From Candidatus Latescibacterota bacterium (GTDB lineage Bacteria; Latescibacterota; UBA2968), in NCBI GenBank assembly GCA_038279365.1, contig JAYODI010000020.1, positions 19,956-67,445 of the forward strand: 47,490 nucleotides of DNA. The letters run 5' to 3'. The notes under the pieces are model-generated. The model saw only the letters and a list, made by a program, of their open reading frames with translations. It did no database searches and was not told the origin of the DNA. Positions 19,901 to 28,369 of this stretch are shown piece after piece; position 1 is the stretch's first letter; every line of letters starts with the position of its first letter. The translations under genes and the position numbers were made by a program.

Positions 19901-20225
19901 ATTGTGGATGGCCGAGCAATGTTTGTTTGGTGCCCAAACCATTGAGAGATATGTGTTCGTCTTGGAGCCAAACTTGCAAACCACATTCTTCGGCGGTTTC
20001 TAAGGCCACACGCACCCGATCAAACCAAACCTGTGAAAGGTGTGGGATATTAAGCCCTGCACCTGTTGCCAAACAAAAGCCACCAATGCCTTTGTCTCTC
20101 ATGTCTTGAATCTGGCGCACAATTTCATTTTCTTCGATCACGCCGTTCCAATACCAAATGGGCAAGAGCCGGTTTGCGGCGGGCGGATTGACAAATGCGT
20201 TGGGATTCATAGGTTTGTTATTCAC
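16977..20225 (-). CDS. Large glycoside hydrolase-like protein (GH106/alpha-L-rhamnosidase-like architecture), possibly catalytically degenerate
   Basis: PIWYWNG...DMRDKGIGGF, VWLQDE, RIRYDYF, PPSQFHQNPYW..F..LSDY..RL, C-terminal beta-sandwich (GLPFYAG, NGHTLGVRAWAPY); ATG at 20210 is an alternative start. Confidence 0.75.
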   Translation of the reverse strand: MNNKPMNPNAFVNPPAANRLLPIWYWNGVIEENEIVRQIQDMRDKGIGGFCLATGAGLNIPHLSQVWFDRVRVALETAEECGLQVWLQDEHISLNGLGTKQTLLGHPQFVAQHLTYRETVVQGGQQVDMVLPWAPVLLAIAVPLRRDRSLWENAQDIRTYLGANHQQMHFEQNETLPNYHPYTYTTHNPTRRLYWKAPTGRWRVLVFLQEPVATETQKGIHIDRLNPEAVQHLQNTTLQPYLDKFADQIGKTWMGVLTHQTDPSPLPLKWSPVLPTYFQERNGYSIVSCLPALITHFGPNTARIRYDYFQTIGELKQKHDFAQWQSLSKQHNLHYANNVPPSRSAHRNNITILGTGQTGEKIGIEQVRGYTSNPTTYQKNAVFTTSLATQTNANEVLSTCFRNAGWALTLQDMKAQIDAAGRQGVTQFAPDGFFYTLNGLRKHTTPPSQFHQNPYWKHFRLLSDYVGRLSYVMSNSQPDVEIALLEPITSLWAHLSHPENNWEYFGPDKDEKALVERLISDWTYIIQALESMQRPFHTLDPAMLSQAKIVGQEVHIGQAKYKVLVLPPMTNLEREVFDFLKDFIHADGQIIALGLIPIEDIQEGASVMDGCFRLTDVEPSRMIRDYTGHEVGVHLVKRGSFSLIRTGGAVEKNRGSEMLANQLDEVLPKRVHIQSQSKNPSAIQYQHRVADKQHLYFFINTDSTPTTARIQLPSLKRNGKIELWNLETGKRTPILAEYIGNQAIIHLTFSNHQSHLIVLSDEQVDPPPPPEISPLSFEIKGNWKVDPEEDNALRLSTFRMQLDPQNRGARQGWHKPDYVDNRWAEVTPKPIIEQLRDLPASYDLPLKLVSEKPQLSYPIVCWYRATFAADVVPTKLALVMDRLAIEGDYQIYINGSKLPNNAFRPTFRYDHSNITCAVGRRINKGKNVIAIRVEAHQPDAGLLDALYLFGRFQIKSWRSRYLRIVAPKDKGVFHDLDALGLPFYAGTVAFTQEINFRTIPSTKEFELDLEKTLKDIDDIVEIQINGHTLGVRAWAPYIWSGNTSWLKRGKNKVTLRVTYTLARLLTGQKFQPRGHKMVPIKV

Positions 20226-20307
20226 CTTTATGAGTTGTGGCGATCGTTAGCCTTTCTAACGGGTTTCGCCAAATGGTTGAACGCCCCGCAAGACAGACGG
20301 GTAAGGT

Positions 20308-21111
20308 TTATTCAGCTTTGGTTTCGCCAATGGTTATACCCAAAAAATAATTGCTATCAAAGCCTTTTTGTGAAAGGAAAATACCGTACCCTAAGCCCAG
20401 AAAAATGAGAACGATGATCACCAAATTTCGGATTTTTCTAAGCCGCGTAATTTTTCTACCTCCTGTGCGTTTTTTCTTGCGTCTGCGTCGCACTTCTGTT
20501 TGCGCAGGTTTGGGTTGCATACTTACTAAGTTTTGTATGCCTGATCCGGGTGAGATGCCAGGTGGTAGTTGTGATCTTTGGTTTGTCGTTATTGGGGTAT
20601 ACGTTTTTTCCTCATCCTCATCTTCATCCTCATCTTCATCTGCAATATCGATTTGTTGTTCGTGGGCAACTTCATATGAGGGTGTTGTGTCTGGAATGGG
20701 CTCAGAATGGGTTTCTAGATCTAAGAGCACTTGTTCTAAAATGACGATTAAGTCTTCGGTATCGAAAGGCTTTCTGATAAATCCATTTGCCCCTAACTCA
20801 CCCAACCGCGACATTTCGGCTGGGGTTGCGCCTGAAGAAATGATGACAACGGGCAATGTGGCATAATTTTCTCGAATGAATTCTAAGAGTGCTTCCCCTT
20901 GAACTGTGGGCATGTGTAAGTCGAGCAAAACCGCATCGGGGGATACATCGGCCAATTGGGCAATTGCATCTGTCCATCTTTGCGCTGTAACCACTTTGTA
21001 TTCACGTGCATTGAGAAATTCTTTAACAGTATTGAGTATGAGAGGATCGTCGTCAATGGTTAATATGGTTCTGGTTTGTGTCACTTTTTCCCCGATAGGT
21101 TTTTTGTTCAT
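20308..21111 (-). CDS. Response regulator receiver protein with a disordered linker and C-terminal TM helix
   Basis: IDDD, LLDLHMP, FIRKPF; (DE)n tract, RRRRKKKR, then LVIIVLIFLGLGYGIFL. Confidence 0.8.
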   Translation of the reverse strand: MNKKPIGEKVTQTRTILTIDDDPLILNTVKEFLNAREYKVVTAQRWTDAIAQLADVSPDAVLLDLHMPTVQGEALLEFIRENYATLPVVIISSGATPAEMSRLGELGANGFIRKPFDTEDLIVILEQVLLDLETHSEPIPDTTPSYEVAHEQQIDIADEDEDEDEDEEKTYTPITTNQRSQLPPGISPGSGIQNLVSMQPKPAQTEVRRRRKKKRTGGRKITRLRKIRNLVIIVLIFLGLGYGIFLSQKGFDSNYFLGITIGETKAE

Positions 21112-21124
21112 TTTGCCAAACCTA

Positions 21125-21364
21125 TTATTTGCTTACACACATTTCACAAACGTATGTGACAACACGGCCTTTTGGGCGCAGTCGCACCAGTTTAATGTCA
21201 CCTTCGTGCTGTTTGCACTGGGCGCATGGGCGGTTTAATTTAGGGGGTGGTTGGTTTTTAAGCGTGAGACAGGCATCACAACGGTAATGGATACTTTTTT
21301 TGTCATTTTGTACCTGTGTGATTACTTGTGTTGCTGAAGCTTTTTTGCAAATTTCACAGGTCAC
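21125..21364 (-). CDS. Small protein with four CxxC motifs (tandem McsA-N-terminal-like Zn fingers)
   Basis: CEIC..AT....Q.QNDKK..HYRCDAC, then CAQC...YVCEMC; AGGA RBS; 13 bp from the receiver gene. Confidence 0.65.
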   Translation of the reverse strand: MTCEICKKASATQVITQVQNDKKSIHYRCDACLTLKNQPPPKLNRPCAQCKQHEGDIKLVRLRPKGRVVTYVCEMCVSK

Positions 21365-21719
21365 GGCACAATTCCTATGGTGAAGATATAGGATATGACA
21401 TCTCTTTAAATGGATAATGCTTATGCAGGTTGTTGTTTTTTATGACGATGGGATTTAGACAACCTTCACAATTTAATATCCAAAAAACAAAAGTCAAGTT
21501 TTTTAATAAAATGCTGTTTTTTATTATTTTATTTCTTTTTTGTGCAAAAAAATAAAAGAGATGATTTTAGAATGTTTAGACTTTAAAATATAATAAAAAA
21601 ATCAACCCGTGTTTATATAATTTATGCTAATAACTTTTAAATTATAATTTTACTGTTTTTATGATGTTACGGGATATATAGCGTATGAGAAACGTAAGAA
21701 AGGGTTTTGGTTTTCTAAC

Positions 21720-21748
21720 TTGTCAATCATAGGTCTTATCGGTATCAT
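21720..21748 (+). promoter_or_regulatory. Sigma70-type promoter giving a near-leaderless mRNA
   Basis: TTGTCA-N17-TATCAT, 8 nt before ATG 21757, with no SD. Confidence 0.5.
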
Positions 21749-21756
21749 ATCGGGCA

Positions 21757-22374
21757 ATGAAAAAAAATATATATGGATTGGTGTTGGCGGCAGGTTTGTC
21801 GCAACGAATGGGCACACCCAAGCAACTGTTGCCTTTTGGGCAAAAAACGATTTTGCAGACAGTGGTTGATGTTCTTTTGACCCTGCCTTTGGCAGGTGTT
21901 ATTGTTGTGTTGGGGCATGAAGCTGAGCGTGTGCGCGCCAGTTTGGCAGATCGTTCTGTGACGTATTGTGTGAATGATAACTATCGTGAGGGTATGTTTT
22001 CGAGTGTGTTGTGCGGCTTAAATCATATGCCTGAATCGGCCGATGCCTTTTTGATGGTTTTAGGCGATCAGCCTCATATTGAGGCACGGGTGGGGCGTGC
22101 CGTTATAGACGCGTATCAAGGTGGCGATGTGGGGATTGTGATTCCGACTTGGGGAGGAAAACGGGGGCATCCGGCATTGGTCGATTTAAAGCGGTATCGG
22201 TCTGAAATTATGTCTTTGTCGGGTGATGCGGGATTGAAGCCTGTGATGCGGGGGCATGAGCATGACACACGGATGTTAGATGTGGATGATTCAGGTATTT
22301 TGAGGGATTTGGATACACCGGAAGATTATCAGGCAGAGTTGGCGCGGCAAACGAGGCAGCAAATAGACCAATGA
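21757..22374 (+). CDS. MocA-like nucleotidyltransferase (molybdenum cofactor cytidylyltransferase family)
   Basis: LAAGLSQRMGTPKQLL, GMFSS, LGDQP, RGHP, DLDTPEDY. Confidence 0.85.
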   Translation: MKKNIYGLVLAAGLSQRMGTPKQLLPFGQKTILQTVVDVLLTLPLAGVIVVLGHEAERVRASLADRSVTYCVNDNYREGMFSSVLCGLNHMPESADAFLMVLGDQPHIEARVGRAVIDAYQGGDVGIVIPTWGGKRGHPALVDLKRYRSEIMSLSGDAGLKPVMRGHEHDTRMLDVDDSGILRDLDTPEDYQAELARQTRQQIDQ

Positions 22375-22452
22375 TATAATGCATGAAGATGTGCTTTTGA
22401 TAAGTGAGATATCCTATATTTGTGGTAACTGATTTTTAGATTGGAGTGTTTT

Positions 22453-23514
22453 ATGGCATATCGTTTACCTGAAAATGTTGCTCTATCATTAAAAATAGGG
22501 CAGGCAATTCCTGCTCATCCTTTGGCACTCACGGCACAGCGGAAGTTGGATGAGCGTCGTCAGCGTGCATTGGCACGGTATTATATGGCATCTGGCGCAG
22601 GTGGTTTGGCTGTGGGGGTGCATACCACGCAATTTGAAATTCGGGACCCAGAATGGAATTTGTATGGACCCGTTTTGGAATTGGCCGCAGAAGAAATGAA
22701 CACACACGCATCTGCTGATTTTATTCGTGTGGCTGGTGTGGTGGGCAACACCAAACAGGCCATTGCCGAAGCCGAGTTGGCCGTTGGGCATGGTTATCAT
22801 GCAGGGTTGTTGAGTTTGCGTGCGTTTGCCAATGGTTCTGTGGCCGATATGGTGGCCCATTGCAGAGCAGTTGCCGAAGTGATTCCTGTAATCGGTTTTT
22901 ATTTGCAACCTGCTGTGGGTGGGCGTGTGTTGCCATTCGATTTTTGGCGACAATTTGCAGAAATCGACAATGTGGTGGCCATTAAGATGGCGCCTTTTAA
23001 CCGATATCAAACGTTGGATGTGATTCGGGGGGTTGTTGAAGCGGGACGTGTTGATGATATTGCTTTGTATACGGGCAATGATGACAATATTGTGATGGAT
23101 TTGCTTACCGCACATCGTTTTGTATGCCAAGACCAACCCGTGTCGGCACGCATTGTGGGGGGGCTTTTGGGCCATTGGGCCGTGTGGACAAAGGGTGCGG
23201 TTGAGATTTTGCGCGAATGCCAGCGTATTTCACAGACCAATGAAGCCATTTCGCAGGAGATGTTGACGCGTGCGATTGAAGTGACCGATTGCAATGCGGC
23301 CTTTTTTGATGTGGCCAATGCTTTTCACGGGTGTATTGCAGGGGTTCACGAAGTGCTTCGGCGGCAGGGTTTGTTGGATGGTATTTGGTGTTTGAACCCC
23401 AATGAAGGCTTGTCACCTGGTCAATTTGAAGAAATTGACCGTGTTTATGCGGCTTATCCTCACTTAAATGATGATAATTTTGTGGCTGAAAATTTGGACA
23501 GTTGGTTAAAATAA
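22453..23514 (+). CDS. Dihydrodipicolinate synthase-family (class I aldolase) protein
   Basis: AIPAHPLAL, AVGVHTTQF, FYLQPAVGG, AIKMAPF (Schiff-base Lys), YTGNDD; GGAG RBS. Confidence 0.85.
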   Translation: MAYRLPENVALSLKIGQAIPAHPLALTAQRKLDERRQRALARYYMASGAGGLAVGVHTTQFEIRDPEWNLYGPVLELAAEEMNTHASADFIRVAGVVGNTKQAIAEAELAVGHGYHAGLLSLRAFANGSVADMVAHCRAVAEVIPVIGFYLQPAVGGRVLPFDFWRQFAEIDNVVAIKMAPFNRYQTLDVIRGVVEAGRVDDIALYTGNDDNIVMDLLTAHRFVCQDQPVSARIVGGLLGHWAVWTKGAVEILRECQRISQTNEAISQEMLTRAIEVTDCNAAFFDVANAFHGCIAGVHEVLRRQGLLDGIWCLNPNEGLSPGQFEEIDRVYAAYPHLNDDNFVAENLDSWLK

Positions 23515-23608
23515 TTAATTTTGTGCGTAAGATCACACCTTGGGTTTTTGATGCTTCAGATATTTGAAAAAGAAAATGTCTTATGACCCTTTCTAAAATG
23601 GGTGATAC

Positions 23609-24310
23609 ATGACTGCGCGCACGGTTCAACTTTTGTTTTTGGAAGACTATGTGGCTTATGCCCGAGTGCTTCGAAGTACGTTGGACGAAGTGGCCAAAGA
23701 TGCCTTTTCGTTGCATTGCGTGACGCATTTGTCACAGGCATTGCAGTGTTTGAATGCGGCTCACTATGATTTGATTCTGCTCGATTTGGGTGTGTCTGAT
23801 CGCAATGGTTTGTCTACTTTGTCGCAGGTTGTGGCTCAGTCTCAGGGTGTGCCTATTATTGTTTTGACTGGGGTGGATGATGAAGAAATTGGGGAGGCTG
23901 CCGTACGGGCAGGGGCCGAAGATTATTTGGTGAAGACACAAACGAGTGGACAACGGCTTTGGCGTGTGATTCGGTATGCAATTGAGCGACATCGTTTGCA
24001 AATGGAACACGATGAAGCGGCACGCTTGCGGGTGTTGTATGAAACGGCGGGTGCTGCCGCTCACGAAATTAATCAGCCGTTGACGACTGTGGTGGGGTAT
24101 GCCGATTTGATATTGGAAGGTTTGTCTGAGAATCATTTCTTTCGGCCTGAGTTGATGAAGATTCGAGAAGCGGGTCTGACGATTCAAGAGATCGTGAAGC
24201 AGATGCAAAATATCAAAAAATATGCGACCAAACCGTATTTGGCGGGCATTGAAATTGTTGATCTTAAAGCGGCGTCAAAAACGCGGTTGGATGAAGATGA
24301 AAAATCCTAA
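23609..24310 (+). CDS. Receiver + HisKA (DHp) protein lacking an ATPase domain
   Basis: LED, ILLDL, EDYLVK; AAHEINQPLT H-box; the protein ends with no N/G/F boxes. Confidence 0.8.
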   Translation: MTARTVQLLFLEDYVAYARVLRSTLDEVAKDAFSLHCVTHLSQALQCLNAAHYDLILLDLGVSDRNGLSTLSQVVAQSQGVPIIVLTGVDDEEIGEAAVRAGAEDYLVKTQTSGQRLWRVIRYAIERHRLQMEHDEAARLRVLYETAGAAAHEINQPLTTVVGYADLILEGLSENHFFRPELMKIREAGLTIQEIVKQMQNIKKYATKPYLAGIEIVDLKAASKTRLDEDEKS

Positions 24311-24347
24311 ATGACCCCATAAATGGGAAAAAAATACCTCTCTTAGC

Positions 24348-24379
24348 GCGTGAAGCTTGTTTATGCTTCACGCTTTTTT
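24348..24379 (+). terminator. Intrinsic terminator
   Basis: GCGTGAAGC-ttgtttat-GCTTCACGC-TTTTTT. Confidence 0.85.
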
Positions 24380-24457
24380 AATTTTGAGGTGATGTAAGTA
24401 CTTGTTTTTTTGTCATTTTTGGCAAGGTGGACTTGTTTTAAGCCATTTGAAGGCTTT

Positions 24458-24474
24458 TTGGCACATCCCTTGCG
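24458..24474 (+). promoter_or_regulatory. Putative sigma54 promoter
   Basis: TTGGCACATCCCTTGCG, near-consensus GG-N10-GC, intergenic and just after a terminator. Confidence 0.7.
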
Positions 24475-24484
24475 ATTATGATGG

Positions 24485-24567
24485 ATGACTCTGAGTGGTA
24501 CCGATTGGTCGAGCCCCTCTGGAAGTAGGAGCCTTTATGGTGACCGGAATCCAGGGGGGTATTTTTT
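24485..24567 (+). ncRNA. Candidate small RNA or leader RNA
   Basis: Starts at the expected sigma54 +1; 10-bp stem CCCCTCTGGA/TCCAGGGGGG followed by TATTTTTT. Confidence 0.35.
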
Positions 24568-24623
24568 GACCGCGATTGTTTTTGCTTTCTCCACACTCTG
24601 TTTTCCTATATCTTGTTGCTCTT

Positions 24624-25904
24624 ATGGATACTCTAAAAATACAACCTTTGACACGTGCGGTTGATGCGGTGGTGACGGTGCCAGGTTCGAAGAGCATTAC
24701 GAATCGGGCGCTTTTGATTGCTGCAATGGCCCAGGGTGAGTCGCATCTTTTGGGTGCGCTTTTTAGTGACGATACACGCTATATGGCACAAGCCTTGCGG
24801 CAGTTGGGCATTGAGGTGGTGGCCGATGAAGATGCGGCGTCTTTTGTGGTGCGTGGCACGGGTGGTCATATTCCTGCCAAACAAGCTGAGTTGTATGTGG
24901 GCAATTCGGGCACCACGGCGCGTTTTTTATCGGCGTTTTTGGGGCTGGGGCAAGGCACCTTTGTGGTTGATGGCAATGACCGAATGCGTGAGCGGCCCAT
25001 TCAAGATTTGGTGGATGGATTGCGCCCTTTGGGGGTGCATGCCCAATGTGAAGGCAAAGACAATGTGTGTCCGCCCGTGATGGTGGTGGGCGCTGGCATG
25101 CGCGGTGGGCGCACGATAATGGCGGGTGATAAAAGCAGCCAATATTTTACGGCTCTGTTGCAGGTGGCTTCTTATGCCCAAGAAGATGTTGAGATTGTGG
25201 TTGAGGGCGACTTGGTTTCTAAGCCTTATATAGATTTAACGGCGGGTGTAATGCGCGATTTTGGCGTAGAGATTGTGAATGAAGATTATAAGGTGTTGCG
25301 TGTAAAGGCTGGGCAACGCTACCAGGCACGCGAGTATGTGATTGAACCTGATGCTTCTAATGCGTCTTATTTTTTTGCGGCAGCCGCGGTTACGGGTGGG
25401 CGCGTGAAGGTGCGACACTTGACCAAAGCGTCTGTTCAGGGCGATATTGGTTTTGTGGATGTGTTGGCTCAAATGGGGTGTGAGGTGATCACCGAAGCCG
25501 ATGGCATTGTGGTAAAAGGGCCTGCACAGCTTTCGGGTGTCGATATTGATATGAATCACATTCCCGATGTGGTGCAAACATTGTGTGCGCTTGCGCCTTT
25601 TGCTACAGATCGGGTTACGGTTCGCAACGTGAGTAATATGCGTATTAAGGAAACCGATCGGATCGCAGCGATTGAAACTGAGCTCAAGAAGTTAGGTGTG
25701 CGCGTTGATACCTGGTCTGATGGTCTCACCGTTTACCCTGCAGAACACATTCAACCTGCCGCTTTAGATACGTATGACGATCATCGCATGGCAATGAGTT
25801 TGGCTTTGGTGGGGTTGAAGGTGCCAGGCATTATCATCAACGATCCTGCCTGTGTGAATAAAACTTTTCCTACTTATTTTGATGTGTTAGAGACGCTTCG
25901 ATAA
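24624..25904 (+). CDS. aroA: 3-phosphoshikimate 1-carboxyvinyltransferase (EPSP synthase)
   Basis: PGSKSITNRAL, GNSGTTARFL, RMRERPI, SSQY, DASNASYF, RIKETDRI, DDHRMAM, KTFP. Confidence 0.97.
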   Translation: MDTLKIQPLTRAVDAVVTVPGSKSITNRALLIAAMAQGESHLLGALFSDDTRYMAQALRQLGIEVVADEDAASFVVRGTGGHIPAKQAELYVGNSGTTARFLSAFLGLGQGTFVVDGNDRMRERPIQDLVDGLRPLGVHAQCEGKDNVCPPVMVVGAGMRGGRTIMAGDKSSQYFTALLQVASYAQEDVEIVVEGDLVSKPYIDLTAGVMRDFGVEIVNEDYKVLRVKAGQRYQAREYVIEPDASNASYFFAAAAVTGGRVKVRHLTKASVQGDIGFVDVLAQMGCEVITEADGIVVKGPAQLSGVDIDMNHIPDVVQTLCALAPFATDRVTVRNVSNMRIKETDRIAAIETELKKLGVRVDTWSDGLTVYPAEHIQPAALDTYDDHRMAMSLALVGLKVPGIIINDPACVNKTFPTYFDVLETLR

Positions 25905-25975
25905 ATGTGCCTAAATCCCCGAGATACGGGTGGTTGTTTTTATTGCTCATTGTTTTAATTTCCCAATCATAATTT

Positions 25976-27118
25976 ATGAATGTTCTTCTTGTAGATGATG
26001 AAATACAAATTCTCACCATTTTGGCTGAAATGCTTGAGGTGGCGGGAAATCAGGTACATATTTGCAACAGTGGTGATGATGCGCTTGCTTATTTGGAAAA
26101 CCATACCGTAGAAGTGATGGTGTCTGACTTGCGCATGCCCGGTATGAATGGATTGGAGTTGTTGCATAAAGCCCGTGCAAAAGACCCTGATTTGCAAATG
26201 GTGATTTTGACTGGCTTTGGTGATATGAAGAGTGCTGTTGAAGCACTGCGTGCAGGGGCGTACGATTATTTGAGTAAACCGATTGATGCCGAGCGATTGG
26301 TGCAAACGCTCAAAATTGGAGCAGAACAACGGCGGTTGAAAATTGAAAATCGTGTGCTGATTGAAAATTTGATGGAAGCCAGCCGACTCAAGACGGATTT
26401 TTTGCACGGTATGTCCCATGAAATTCGAACACCGTTGGGGCATATTACTGGGTTTGCCGAAATATTGGAACAAACGATTGATGGTTTAAATGACAAACAA
26501 CATCGCTATTTAAAGAATATTCAAGGGGCGGCTCAACGCTTGTTGAGCATGTTTGACGATATGTTGCAATATGCCGATATGAGCACGGAGGGTGAACTCC
26601 AATTGTCACCGGTGTTGGTTTCCGATTTGATTCGACAAGTGCGCAGTACATTGGCCGATCTCATTCAGAAAAAAGGTATTGAAATTGAGGTCGATTCGTC
26701 GCATGCAGAATCGGTGATCCGGGCCGACTTTTCGCTTTGTGAAAAGATGTTAGAGGTGGTGGTGAAAAATGCAGTCCAGTTTTCGCCACCAAACAGCACA
26801 GTCGAAATTCTGGCCGAAGTGCGCTCAGAACCCGATGTGACGGAAGAACAACGCCTTCAGTTGCCCGTTTCTTCGGAAAAGTGGTTGCATCTTTCGGTCA
26901 AAGATATGGGGCCAGGTGTTGCGCCAGAAGCGCAAGAGCGCATTTTTAATTTGTTTGAGCAAGGGGATGGATCTTTGTCGCGTGAGCACGAGGGTACAGG
27001 TTTGGGGTTGGCTTTGGGGCGAAGCCTTGCACGGCGACACAATGGTTTGATTAGCCTTCAAAGCACGTTGGGCGAAGGCAGTACATTTACGTTTGTGATT
27101 CCTGTTTCAGAACCTTAA
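25976..27118 (+). CDS. Hybrid receiver-histidine kinase (cytoplasmic)
   Basis: VDDE, SDLRMP, KP; SHEIRTPL, KNAVQF, DMGPG, FEQG, GTGLGL. Confidence 0.92.
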   Translation: MNVLLVDDEIQILTILAEMLEVAGNQVHICNSGDDALAYLENHTVEVMVSDLRMPGMNGLELLHKARAKDPDLQMVILTGFGDMKSAVEALRAGAYDYLSKPIDAERLVQTLKIGAEQRRLKIENRVLIENLMEASRLKTDFLHGMSHEIRTPLGHITGFAEILEQTIDGLNDKQHRYLKNIQGAAQRLLSMFDDMLQYADMSTEGELQLSPVLVSDLIRQVRSTLADLIQKKGIEIEVDSSHAESVIRADFSLCEKMLEVVVKNAVQFSPPNSTVEILAEVRSEPDVTEEQRLQLPVSSEKWLHLSVKDMGPGVAPEAQERIFNLFEQGDGSLSREHEGTGLGLALGRSLARRHNGLISLQSTLGEGSTFTFVIPVSEP

Positions 27119-27122
27119 AGAA

Positions 27123-27204
27123 GGTCGCAAGTCTACAGGTCGCAGGTCAAATAGCGGATTGCCTTTATTTTGACCTGCGATCTGTAGACCTGCGATTTGT
27201 GACC
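27123..27204. repeat. Heptamer-built palindromic element, copy C (best-paired copy)
   Basis: GGTCGCA AGTCTACA GGTCGCA GGTCAAA ... TTTGACC TGCGATC TGTAGACC TGCGATT TGTGACC. Confidence 0.88.
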
Positions 27205-27219
27205 AGATTTTATTATCTT

Positions 27220-28182
27220 ATGGCCGAACTTAAAAATGAATTTTCGTGGTCGCCGTCTCGGCATCGGATGTTTGAATCGTGTTCCCGCCAATATTATTAT
27301 AACTATTACGGCAGTTGGGGGGGGTGGTACGATTCGGCAGATGAGTTGACGCGTTTGGTATATCGGCTCAAGAAGATGAGCACGTTGCCCCAGTTGGTGG
27401 GCACGGTGGTTCACGATGCCATCAGCCGGGTATTAAAGGCGATTCAAAGTGGGCGCGATGTGCCGTTTAAAACGGCAGAGACGTACGCCACACAGTTGTT
27501 AGATCGGCACATCGAAGATTCATTGGAAAAGCGATGGTTGCGGTCGGCGTCTAAACACACCCATTTGTTTGAACACTATTATGGCCAAGATGTAGATATC
27601 GACGCAAGTCGTGCGCGTGTGGTCGAAAATATCAACGCGTTTTTTGAATCTGAAGCATTTACAGTTCTCCAAAACACACCCACCGATCAGTGGTTAAGCG
27701 TAGAGGCGTTGACGTCGTTTTTGTTTAATGCAACCAAGCTGTGGGTGGCCTTAGATGTGGCGGTTCGACAAAATGGCGGCGTGGCCATCTTTGATTGGAA
27801 GACCGGTCGTGAGCGAGAAGCAGATCGACTCCAATTGGCGGTTTATGCCCTATATGCCTCCACGGTGTGGGGCGTGTCCATTCCACATTTACAGTTGCAA
27901 GATGTGTATTTGCAAGCTGGCGTGGTCAGTTCTGTACGTGTGGACGCAGAGGTGTTGGACGAGACGCGCCAGATTATTTGTGAGAGCATTGCCCAAATGC
28001 GGGAACGGCTCGATGACCCTAATGCCAATACCGCGTCGATAGACGCTTTTCCAATGACCGATAATCGCTCAACGTGCGAATCCTGTTCCTTCAAAGCGGT
28101 CTGTTTCCCAGATAACCCCACAGTTTCACCTCCTCCCAAATTTTCTTCACAAGAAAAACCCACACAACTTTCTTTGTTTTAA
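27220..28182 (+). CDS. PD-(D/E)XK nuclease (RecB/AddB-type with a 1+3 Cys Fe-S staple)
   Basis: SWSPSR...SCSRQYYY, GTVVH, LD...IFDWKTG, QLAVYAL, CESCSFKAVC. Confidence 0.85.
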   Translation: MAELKNEFSWSPSRHRMFESCSRQYYYNYYGSWGGWYDSADELTRLVYRLKKMSTLPQLVGTVVHDAISRVLKAIQSGRDVPFKTAETYATQLLDRHIEDSLEKRWLRSASKHTHLFEHYYGQDVDIDASRARVVENINAFFESEAFTVLQNTPTDQWLSVEALTSFLFNATKLWVALDVAVRQNGGVAIFDWKTGREREADRLQLAVYALYASTVWGVSIPHLQLQDVYLQAGVVSSVRVDAEVLDETRQIICESIAQMRERLDDPNANTASIDAFPMTDNRSTCESCSFKAVCFPDNPTVSPPPKFSSQEKPTQLSLF

Positions 28183-28324
28183 TGGTTGGTTCTATATTTT
28201 GAATGGTTTGTGATGTTCAATAAAATAGTATTTTCGAAAACATTTTATAAAAAATTTAAAAAAATACTTTATTAAAGGATTTTTTTAAGTTCAAATACTA
28301 CTTAATAATATGTTTAAATTTTGT

Positions 28325-28358
28325 GGCCTTTCATCTTAAAGAGATCGAAGGCCTTTTT
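28325..28358 (+). terminator. Intrinsic terminator-like hairpin
   Basis: GGCCTTTCATCT-taaag-AGATCGAAGGCC-TTTTT. Confidence 0.6.
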
Positions 28359-28369
28359 GTATTTTGTAG

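Noticed and set aside
21365-21756. AT-rich gap as a replication origin
   Set aside because: No cluster of DnaA boxes (TTATCCACA) seen; explained by divergent promoters.
27220-28182. Calling the PD-(D/E)XK Fe-S nuclease Cas4 because it is near the CRISPR remnant
   Set aside because: Type I-E systems lack Cas4; the protein is longer than Cas4, follows the kinase gene, and is separated from the island by a terminator.
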